From assembly GCA_009914755.4 (NCBI GenBank), contig CP068257.2, positions 20,384,001 through 20,448,000 on the forward strand: 64,000 nucleotides of DNA. The letters are read 5' to 3'. Source of the stretch: the human T2T-CHM13v2.0 reference genome, Homo sapiens. Positions within the stretch are counted from its first letter, which is position 1. The number at the start of each line of letters is the position of its first letter. A program made the translations under genes and the position numbers. The notes beneath the pieces are model-generated. The model ran no database searches, was not told the DNA's origin, and saw nothing but the letters and a program-made list of their open reading frames with translations. Shown in pieces: positions 13,517 to 23,200 of this stretch.

Positions 13517-14612
13517 CTGTTCCACATACGCATGGGCAATGACTTAATGACTAAAACACCAAAAGCAATTGCAACAAAAGCCAAAGTAGACAAATGGGAT
13601 TTAATTAAACTAAAGAGCTTCTGCATGGCAAAAGAAACTATCGTCGGAGTCAACAGGCAACCTACAGAATGGGAGAAAATTTTGCAATCTCTCCATCTGA
13701 CAAAGGGCTAATATCCAGAATCTACAAGGCACTTACACAAATTTACAAGAAAATAAAAAAAAAACATCAAAACTGGGCAAAGGATATAAACAGACACTTT
13801 CAAAAGAAGACATTTATGCGGCCAAAAAACATGAAAAAAAGGTCATCATCACTGGTTGTTAGAGAAATGCAAATCAAAACCACAATGAGATACCATCTCA
13901 TGCCAGTTAGAATGGCGATCATTAAAAAGTCAGGAAAAAACAGTTACTGGAGAGGTTGTAGAGAAATAGGAAGGCTTTTACACTGTTGGTGGGCGTATAA
14001 ATTAGTTCAACCATTGTGTAAGACAGTGTCGCGATTCCTCAAGGATCTGGAACTAGAAATACCATTTGATCAGCAATCTCATTACTGGGTATATGCACAA
14101 AGGATTATGACTCATTCTACTACAAAGACACATGCACATGTATGTTTATTGCAGCATTATTCACAATAGCGAGAACTTGGAACCAACACAAATGCCCATC
14201 AATTTTAGACTGGATTAAGAAAATGTGGCACACATACATCATGGAATACTATGCAGCCATAGGAAAGAATGAGTTCATGTCCTTTGGAGGGACATGGATG
14301 AAGCTGGAAACCATCATTCTCGGCAGACTAACACAGGAACAGAAAACCAAACACCGCATGTTGTCACTCATAATTGCTCATAAGTGGGAGTTGAACACTG
14401 AGAACATAAGGGCACAGGGAAGGAGGGAACATCACACACCGGGGCCTGTTGGGGGTTAGGGCTCTAGGGGAGGGATTGCATTAGGAGAAATACCTAATGC
14501 AGATGACAGGTTGATGAGTGCAGAAAACTACCATGGCACATGTAAACCTATGTAACAAACCTGCACGTTCTGCACATGTATCCCAGAACTTAAAGTATAA
14601 TTAAAAAAAAAA
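13517..14612 (+). mobile_element. LINE-1 (older L1PA/L1PB-like) 3' portion: ORF2 C-terminus, 3' UTR and poly-A tail; sense segment of the twin-primed insertion
   Basis: Plus-strand ORFs 13487..13711, 13669..14169 and 14142..14459 translate to L1 ORF2 C-terminal sequence ([29 protein letters not shown]..., ...[27 protein letters not shown]..., ...ALFTIARTWNQHKCPS..DWIKKMWHTYIMEYYAAI...). The 3' end reads ...gggattgcattaggagaaatacctaatgcagatgacaggttgatgagtgcagaaaactaccatggcacatgtaaacctatgtaacaaacctgcacgttctgcacatgtatcccagaacttaaagtataattaaaaaaaaaaaaaaa. Confidence 0.9.
13669..14459 (+). pseudogene. Decayed L1 ORF2 (reverse transcriptase C-terminal region), split across two frames; not a host gene
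   Basis: Track ORFs 13669..14169 and 14142..14459 carry recognisable L1 ORF2 peptide motifs but are frameshifted relative to each other and contain substitutions. Confidence 0.85.
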
Positions 14613-17600
14613 AAAAAGGTAATGATAATCTAATTCGTGGAATTTCTGAAAAATTGACTTCTAAACTGTAAGAATAATTTGGTTTACAGCATGTTCTACC
14701 AATATGGAAGTATTTACTGAAAATATTGAATGACATACATATTTGAAAATGATAGATCTTTCCATGTACCATAAAAATTGAGTCATTGTCAACTTAGTGT
14801 TTGCTTTTCCCAAGCAAATTAAACATTTATTGCTGGAAGAAATGAAAAACATGGCTCCACAACCCTTTCTGTGTCTCACATTGGATAGTCAGTATTTTTT
14901 GCACAGAAGGACAACCATCATAAGCAAATTAAGTGATTGCCTATGACATTTCTCCCAAATATTTACAGATAATTTTTAAATGTAATTTTTCAATAACGAT
15001 AAAAGGTTAAAGTGAAGACATCATTCAAAGGTGGGCATGACAGTGTAGAAACCAATTAGGGAAGGGTAGGTATATGTAAAATAGGTGAAGGGTGGGGAAA
15101 TCAGAGGAAAGCCCACTAAACAGGGAGACAAGTTGCCAAGCCAGTCTGAGGATTTAACTTGTAGCTTGACTTTCAGGCTTTAAATTGTCTTCGGCTTAGA
15201 GGTGACGTTTCACCAGGGACCCACCCCTATCTGCCTAGGCATTTGGTTGCCTCCTGCCCTCTCACATTGATGAAATGCATTACGAAAATATTAAAACTAA
15301 CAATACCAAATGTATAACTAGCTATATTATAAAAAAGAAAATGTAATAATGAAAACTGTTAAGATCTAATCTTTCACATATTCGGTATTCACTGGTATGA
15401 AAAAGGGTGATCTAGTGCCATTTTTATAACTTTCCCAATTAGTGAAGAATAAACACACTTGGGAACATAAATATTTAGAAGTAGGTACAACATACATAGT
15501 CAAAGATCAAACTTTTGTCCCACAATTTAATAATATTAGCAAGAAAATTAAACAAAAACAAAATAGCAAAAAATTCGGGATGAATTATCACTTTATAACT
15601 ATTTAAAGCTACTTTATTACAGTAACATTTTTTCCTCTATACCTACTGAAAAATATAATACATTTTACTGGAATCACCTAAGATATCAAATTGGTTAAAT
15701 TTAACATTTAAATTGTATTTTTATAACCCAGGAATTTTACATTCCACGTAAATAAATGATAATGGAGGAGTAGAATTTTCAATAACTAATATATTTACTC
15801 TTTTTCAGATAAGTGCCAATGCTGATTTTTGGTGCTAAACACATCACATACAGATTCACAGTTTGGAATGTAGCAAGCGTGTTAACATTTTCTCCTCAAG
15901 CGATATATTTTTCTGAGCTGTGTTAGAAGTGAATGTTGTGTTTCGTTAAAAAGGAAATTTGCATGTATAGCTTGTTTATTTCTAGAATGTGTTGTTGGCT
16001 TACCTTTAAAAACTCAAAATATCTAAGGCTTGAATTCTAGCTGGGTGATGGGATCATTCATACGCCAAACCTCAGTAACACAAAATTTGTCCATGTGTTG
16101 AACCTGAAGATGTACACCTTAAACCTAACATTAAAGTTGAGAGAAAAGAAATAAAATAAAATTAAAATAAAATAATAAACAAAAATATCTAATGCTTGCT
16201 TGGAATCATCTTTGTATGAGAACTCTAGAACTTGAGTAAAGAATATTGCCTTGTTGCAACAAGTTGCTTATTGAAAATCAGATTCCTTTTTATTTTTTAC
16301 AGTGGATGCCTTATGATGGGTACTCCGGAAGCAGAAAATAATACAGAATGTGAGTCTTAAGGTATTTATCAGGATCCACACCTGTGAAAAGAATGGGAAG
16401 AAACAGGATTGGCAGAGGGAGAATGTGAGCTATGACAAATGTGCAGACAATTTGCAAAGAGCATGGCTTGAGATTTTCATATGAGAATTGTCCTCCATAA
16501 GGCCAAACTGGCTGGACTTTTTCTTCTCCACCTAGATCATCCCCTGAGAAGGTTGAGAGCTTGAACCAGTGAGCTGTCTGCAAATCTGGAAGATCCCGAA
16601 GTGTCTGATGACCAGGTCAACTCCCCAGAGCCATAGGACACATTTTCCCTCGCAAGAGTATGTAAGCAGCCTGTCACCATGTCTACCACAGTGTAACCCT
16701 TAGACAGATCATCTCTAATTCCACGTGAACATTGAACAGGTGGCTCTGCTATGAAGTGATGGACCACCCTTCCTGAGAGACACTTAGAATAAGGAAGTTA
16801 GTGAAACTTTGCTTATCTGGTATGGTGACCTTTACCCTGATTCATGATGTGCTTGAGCCTCCTGGTCACCATGTACCCAAAGGCTGTTTTACTTGTCCAT
16901 TTACATTCATATTTTCACAAAGGAAGGCACTAAATAGATCATCTGGTTCCCAGGCATATTATTCTTTTCTCTCTCTCTGTACTAGAGCAACCTTACCTCC
17001 TCCTGATAATTAATTCCTGCCAATTTAGTACTTCTTTCTTTTGCCTACTCTTCCCTTTACCCAAAGAATCAAAATTTCACAGGAAACAGCCATCATTAAA
17101 TTAAATTAAACAGAAATGTAATTTTATAATTAAATTAGAATTAAATAGAACTTTTGCTATGTCTCCTAGAGAAATTGTGCTGCCATTACAGACTGAGACC
17201 TCTAATCCTGCAGAACCCTACATGTAGGAACAAGAAGCACAAACTCAATGGATCATTGTGAATGACAGTAAGTGGGAATGCTCATGCTTCTGTGACTTGG
17301 TTCCAGGCCTATGGGTGCTTCATGCTAGGAACACAATGTCTTTGATTCATTGTGTATTCTACATCTAGAAGGATGGCACCCAAGTTTCATCTGTTATTAT
17401 ATTCACACTTGAATTTCATATAGACTCTGAGCAGGCAATGCTCTATGAGAGTAGAAGTTTCTGGATGGTATAAGATCAGTGGGTATCATAAACTTGAGCC
17501 CCTTTCCTCACTCTTTGCTGTAAGGCATAGAACATGAGGCCAAGGCCGTGCATGTAAGAAAAAGAAACTCAGATCCAGAATTCATGTATATTTACATGAG

Positions 17601-17878
17601 AATAAGCCACCCACCATTGCAGAGTAGAAAGGCTGATTTTAGGCAACTTGTCTTCAAGAGGCCATCTGATCTCCTTGAGAATTAAATTCCCGTTGGGGTT
17701 TAGCTTTCAGCTTTCTTGCTGCTGGGATAGACATTTGGTGGTGCTAATAGCTAGAATAGTCATATCGATATCTTCATACTTAGCCTCCATCTCTGCCACT
17801 AAAACCACTTTGTTCATGTGCCCAACATGCCAATATTGATGTGTCCAGTGACTAAGGCCGGCTAATAAAATTTGCTTG

Positions 17879-18240
17879 CTGTATTAGTCTGCTCTCATGC
17901 TGCTGATAAAGACATATCTTAGACTGGGCAATTTACAAAATAAAAATGTTTAATGGACTCACAGTTCCATGTGGCTGGGGAAGCCTCACAATCATGGCGG
18001 AAGGTCAAAGTCACATCTCACATAGCAGCAGGCAAGAGAAAAGAGCTTGTGCAGGGAAATTCCCCTTTATAAAACCACCAGATCTCATGAGACTTATTCA
18101 CTATCATGAGAATAGCACAGGAAAGATCCACCCCCATGATTCAATTATTTACCACCAGGTCCCTCCCACAACACGTGGAAATTATGGGAGCTACAATTCA
18201 AGATGATATTTGGGTGGGGGCACAAAGCCAAACCATATCA
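17879..18240 (-). mobile_element. THE1-type MaLR solo LTR (THE1/MST family)
   Basis: The plus strand is the reverse complement of the THE1 consensus: ctgtattagtctgctctcatgctgctgataaagacatatcttagactgggcaatttacaaaa...ggactcacagttccatgtggctggggaagcctcacaatcatggcggaagg...cccccatgattcaattatttaccaccaggtccctcccacaacacgtggaaattatgggagctacaattcaagatgatatttgggtggggg..aaaccatatca (THE1 begins tgatatggtttggctgtgtcc). Confidence 0.8.
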
Positions 18241-18361
18241 CCTGGCTATTTTTTATATTTGGCTCTTTATTGCATGTGCTGTGTTGAAGTGCTCTCTGGT
18301 GGGCGTTAAAATGTGATAAATATTACTCACTGTCTCTACTCTGTAATTCCTTGTTCCCTGT

Positions 18362-18577
18362 TTCTTCCCCTTCCCCCTCCTCCTCCTCCTTCTTCTTCCT
18401 CTCCTCCTCCTCCTCCTTCTTCTTCTTCTTTTCTTCTGCTTCTTCCTCTTCTTCCTCTTCTTCTTTTTCTTCTTCTTCTTCTTCTTCTTCTTCTTCTTCT
18501 TCTTCTTCTTCTTCTTCTTCTTCTTCTTCTTCTTCCTCTTCCTCCTCTTCTTCCTCTTCTTCTCCTTCTTCTTCTTG
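18362..18577. repeat. Long CTT/CCT (GAA/GGA on the other strand) polypyrimidine·polypurine microsatellite, about 215 bp, with a pure (CTT)n core of about 22-23 units at roughly 18468-18535
   Basis: cttcttcttctt... visible directly. It produces the poly-Lys/Arg ORF 18253..18591 on the minus strand and the poly-Ser/Leu/Pro ORFs 18313..18720 and 18351..18587 on the plus strand. Confidence 0.95.
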
Positions 18578-18837
18578 GTATTTGTAACCATTTGGCTAGA
18601 AAAATTGCTACTGCTAAGGAGTCTCTATATATTCCACAAACTGTAATAACAGATACACTACCTGAAGTCCTGGCCAGAGGGAGGATTTCCCATCACCCCT
18701 GTTTGCCAAGGCCACATTGAGTGAAACTGTAGTAAGCTGCCAAACATTTATGGCTTATGTCCATGTAGTGATGGGTACCACCACCCATGCACGCATTGAT
18801 TCTTTTAAGTATTTTTATTTTAAAATTTTTAAAATAA

Positions 18838-19560
18838 TTTCAACTTTTTTTTTAGATTCAAGGGGTATATGTGCAGGTTTGTTACATAGGTATTTTGCAT
18901 GATGCTGAGGTATGGGATTTGAATGATCCCATCACCCAGGTAGTGAGCATACTTTTTCAACCTTTGTTTTGACAATTAGTTTTTCAATTCTTGTTTACCT
19001 GCTTCCCTCGCCCCTCCAATAGTCCCCAGGATCTATTATTCCCATCTTTATGTCCATGAGTACTCAATGTTTAGCTCCCATTTATAAATGAGAACATGTG
19101 ATATCTGGTTTTCTGTTCCTGTCTTAATTCGCTTAAGATAATGGCCACTAGCTGCATCCATGTTGTTGCAAAGGACATGATCTCATTGTTTTTTATGGCT
19201 GCATAGTATTCCATGGTGTATATGTACCACATTTTCTTCATCCAATCTGCCATGGACGGGCACCTAGATTGATTCTATGTCTTTGCCATTGTGCATGGTG
19301 CCATGATAACCATACAAGTGCATGTGTCATTCTGGTGGAATGATTTATTTTCTTTTAGATTTTTGGGTCAGATGTAGTTCTGTTTCAAGTTCTTCAAGAA
19401 ATCTCCAAACTGTTTCCACAGTGGCTGAACTAATTTGCATTCCCAACAACAATGTGTAAGTGATCTCTTTTCTCTGCAGTCTCATCAGCATCTGTTGTTT
19501 TCTAAACTTTTTAAACATAGCCATTCTGATTTATGTGAGATGGTATCTCATTGTGCTTTT
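18838..19560 (-). mobile_element. LINE-1 3' fragment (older L1MA/L1PB-like), antisense on the plus strand, with poly-T (A-tail) at its left end
   Basis: tttttttttagattcaaggggtatatgtgcaggtttgttacataggtattttgcatgatgctgaggtatggg...cccatcacccaggtag...atgagaacatgtgatatctggttttctgttcctg...tttttatggctgcatagtattccatggtgtatatgtaccacattttc. The minus-strand ORF 19071..19253 (WMKKMWYIYTMEYYAAIKNNEIMSF...) is the ORF2 C-terminus. Confidence 0.85.
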
Positions 19561-20507
19561 TCAAGAGTGGAAAAAAATCTCCATCATTTTTCTGGGATGG
19601 AAGCCTGGGCCTGCCCACTGACTCCATTTCAATTCAGCATTCTAAGAGTGCCTTTGTTTCTTTAACTTTTATTTTAAGTTTAGAGGTACCTGTGTGTATT
19701 TGTTATATAGGTAGACTTGTGTCATGGGGATTTGTTGTACAGATTATTTCATCACCCAGGTATTAAGTCTAGTACCAATTAGTTATTTTTCCTGATCTTC
19801 TCCCTCTTCCTACCCTTCACCCTCCAATAGATCCCAGTGTCTGCTGTTCCCTTCTTCTACGTGTCCATGTGTAATCATCATTTAGCTCCTACTTATAGGT
19901 CAAAACATGTGGTATTTGGTTTTCTGTTCATGTGAGTTTGCTAAGGGTAAGAACCTTCGGTTCCTTCCATATTCCTGCAAAAGACATTATCTCATTCATT
20001 TTTATGGCTGCATAGTATTCCATGGTCTATATGTACCACATTTTCTTTATCCCCTCTACCTTTGATGGGCATTTAGGTTGATTCCATGTCTTTGCTATTG
20101 TGAATAGTGTTGCAACAAACATATGTGTGCATGTGTGTTTATGATAAAATGATTTATATTCTTTTGGGTTTATACCCAGTGATGAGATTGCTGGGTTGGA
20201 TGGTACTTCGATTTTTAGGTCTTTGAGGAATGGCCACACTGTCTTCCACAATGGTTGAACTAATTTACCCTCCCAACAACAGCGTATAAGTGTTTCTTTT
20301 TCTCCACAACCTTGGCAGCATCTGTTAGTTTTTGAGTTTTAATAATAATCATTCTGACTTGTGTGAGATGTTTTTCTCTTTGGTTTTGATTTGCATTTGT
20401 CTAATCATCAGTGATGTTGAGCTTCTTTTCATATGATTGTTGGCTGAATGTATGTGTTCTTTTGAAAAGTGTCCATTCATATCTTTTACCCACTTTTTAA
20501 TGGAATT

Positions 20508-20836
20508 ATTTGTTTGTTTTGAAACAGGATGTCACTCTGTCATCTAGGCTGGAGGGCAGTGGTGCAATTTCAGCTCACTGCAGCCTCTGTCTCCTTTGTT
20601 CAAGGGATCCTCCCATCTCAGCCTCCCAAGTAGCTAGGACTACAGGCACACACCACCACACCTAGCGTTTTTGTTGTTGTAATTTTTATTTTTATTTTTA
20701 TTTTTATTTATTTATTTTGTAGAGATGTGGTTTCACCATGTTGCCCAGACTGGCCTCAAACTCCTAGGCCCAAGTGATCAATCTGCTTTGGCCTCCAAAA
20801 GTGCTGGGATTATAGTTGTGAGCCACTGCACACTGC
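20508..20836 (-). mobile_element. Alu SINE nested inside the L1, with 12-bp TSD tttgtttgtttt
   Basis: ttttgaaacaggatgtcactctgtcatctaggctggagggcagtggtgcaatttcagctcactgcagcctctgtctcc...cctcccaaagtgctgggattatagttgtgagccactgcacactgcctg, flanked on both sides by tttgtttgtttt. Confidence 0.95.
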
Positions 20837-23016
20837 CTGTTTGTTTGTTTTTTTCTTGTAAATTTTTTTAAGTTACTTATAGATACTGGATATTAGTCCT
20901 TTGTCAGATACACTGTTTGAAAAAATTTTCTCCCATTCTGTGGGTGGTGTGTTTACTCTGCTGATAGATTCTTTTGCTGTGCAAAAGCTCTTAAGTATAA
21001 TTAAATCCCACTTGTCAATTTTTGTTTTAATTGCAATAATTTTTGGCATCTTCTTCATGAAATCTTTGCTTGTTTCTATGTCCAGAATTGTACCGCCCAG
21101 GTTGTTTTCCAGGGGTTTTATAGTTTTGGGTTTTACATTTAGGTATTTTTTAAATACTGAATTAATTTTTGTATACGGTAATAAGGAAAGGTCTAATTTC
21201 AATCTTCTGCATGTGGTTAGCTAGCTATCCCAGGGCCATTTATGAAATAGAAAATCCTTTCCCCATTGCTTGTTTTTGTCAGCTTTGTCAAAGATCAGAT
21301 GGTTGTAGTTGTGTGGCTTTATTTCTGGGCTCTCTATTCTGCTTTATTGGTCTAGGTGTCTGTTTTTGTACCATGACCATGCTGTTTTGGCTACTGTAGC
21401 CCTGTATTATACTTTGAAGTCAGGTAGAGCGTTGGCTCCAGCTTAGGAGGTATCCTAAGCTGGATGTTCTTTTTGCTTTGGATTGCCTTGACTATTCAGG
21501 TTCTTTTTTGGATCCACATAAATTTTAAAATAGTTTTTTCTAGTTCTGTGAAGCATGTCATTGGTAATTTAATAGGAATAGCATTTAATTAAAAAATTTC
21601 TTTGGGCAGTATGGCCATTTTAACAATTTTGATCCTTCTAATCCATGAGCTGAGCATAGGATGTTTATTTGTTTGTGTCACCTCTGATTTCTTTGAGCAT
21701 TGTTTGTTAGTTCTCCTTGCATAGATATTTCACCTCCCTTATTAACTGTATTCCCAGGTATTTTATTGTTTTTGTGGCAATTGTGAATGGGGTTGCGTTC
21801 CAGATTTGGCTCTTGGCTTGACCCTTGTTGGAGTATAGGAATGCTAGTGATTTTTGTACACTGATTTTTGCATCCTGAGGCTTTGATGACATTGTTTATC
21901 AGCTTAAGGAACTTTTGGGTCCTTACTATAGGATTTTCTAGATATAGGATCATGTCTGCAAACAGGGATATTTTAACTTCCTCTCTTCCTATTTGGATGC
22001 CCTTTATTTCTTTCTCTTGCCTGATTGCTCTGGGCAGGACTTCTAATTATATGTTGAATAGGAGTAGTGAGAGAGGGCATCCTTGTCTTATTCTGGTTTT
22101 CGAGGGGAACACTTCCAAATTTTGCCCATTCAGGTATGATGTTGGCTGTGGTTTTGTCATAGATAACTCTTACTGTTCTGAGGTATATTCCTTCAATACC
22201 AAGTTTACTGAGAGTTTTTAACATGAAGAAGTATTAACTTTTATCAAAAGCTTTTTTTGCATCTATAATCATGTAGTTTTTGTCTTTATTTCTGTTTATG
22301 TGATGAATCATTTTTATTGATTTATTTATGTTCAGCCAACCTATCATCCTTGGGATAAAGCCAACTTTATTATGGTGGATAAGCTTTTTGATGTGCTGCT
22401 GAGTTTGGTTTGCAAGTTTTTTTTTTTTTTTTTTTTTTTTCCGAGGGCTTTTGCATCAATGTTCATCAAGGATATTGGCCTGAAGTTTTCTTTTTTTGTT
22501 GTGTTTCTTCCAGGTTTTGGTATGAGGATGATGCTGGCCTCATAGATTGATTTAGGGAGGAATCCCACTTCCTCAATTTTTTTGGAGTAGTTTCAGCAAG
22601 GATGGTACCAGCCCTTCTTTGTACATCTGGTAGAATTCAGCTGTGAATCCATCTGGTCCTGGGCTTGTCGTTCTGTGTAAAACTAGGATTGCAACTCCTG
22701 CTTTTTTTCTGTTTTCCATTTGCTTGGTAGGTTTTTCTCCATCCCTTTATTTTGATTTTAAAGGTGTCATTGCATGTGAGATGATCTCTTAAAGACAGTG
22801 TATCAATAGGTCTTGGTTCTTTATCCAGCTTACTGCTTTGTGCCTTTTACTTGAGGCATTTAGCTTATTTACATTCAAGGTGAATATTTATATATGTGCA
22901 TTTATTCTGTCATCATGATGTTAATTGATTATTATGCAGACTTGTTTATGTGGTTACTTTATAATGTCACTGGTCTGTGTACTTAAGTGTGTTTTTATAG
23001 TGGCTGGTGATGTTCT

Positions 23017-23200
23017 TTCCCTTCCATATTTAGTGTTTCCTTCAGGAGCTCTTGTAAGGCAGGTCTGATGGTAATGGATTCCCTTACGTTCTTTTCTATA
23101 CTGGCTATTTTATTCTTTCCTTTCCATGTTTAGTGCTTCCTTCAGGAGCTCTTGTAAGGCATGTCTGCTGGTAATGAATTCCTTTACATTATTTTCTATA
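23017..23200. repeat. Tandem duplication (about 93 bp x2, roughly 85% identical) inside the L1, in the ORF1-3'/inter-ORF region antisense
   Basis: ...tcccttccatatttagtgtttccttcaggagctcttgtaaggcaggtctgatggtaatggattcccttacgttcttttctatactggctatttt is followed by ...tttcctttccatgtttagtgcttccttcaggagctcttgtaaggcatgtctgctggtaatgaattcctttacattattttctatactagctacttt. Confidence 0.8.

Noticed and set aside
13273-14459. Cluster of ORFs with clear reverse-transcriptase-like protein similarity (126 aa, 166 aa, 105 aa)
   Set aside because: They are genuine protein-coding remnants, but of L1 ORF2 (KTIKTLE…, [12 protein letters not shown]…, DWIKKMWH(I/T)Y(T/I)MEYYAAI…). They are frameshifted and split by the twin-priming inversion. 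They are annotated as mobile-element or pseudogene sequence, not as a host gene.
16311-17013. Two overlapping minus-strand ORFs (76 and 90 aa) plus one plus-strand ORF in non-repeat-looking sequence with moderate GC
   Set aside because: No recognisable protein similarity, no Kozak or splice context, and the ORFs overlap out of frame. The sequence could be an old LTR or ERV fragment (for example tgagagacacttagaataagg…), but I cannot assign it. It is left unannotated rather than called a gene or a repeat.
18253-18720. ORFs encoding poly-Lys/Arg (minus strand) and poly-Ser/Leu/Pro (plus strand), 112-135 aa
   Set aside because: Direct translation of the (CTT/CCT)n microsatellite in different frames. 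Low-complexity artefact, not a gene.
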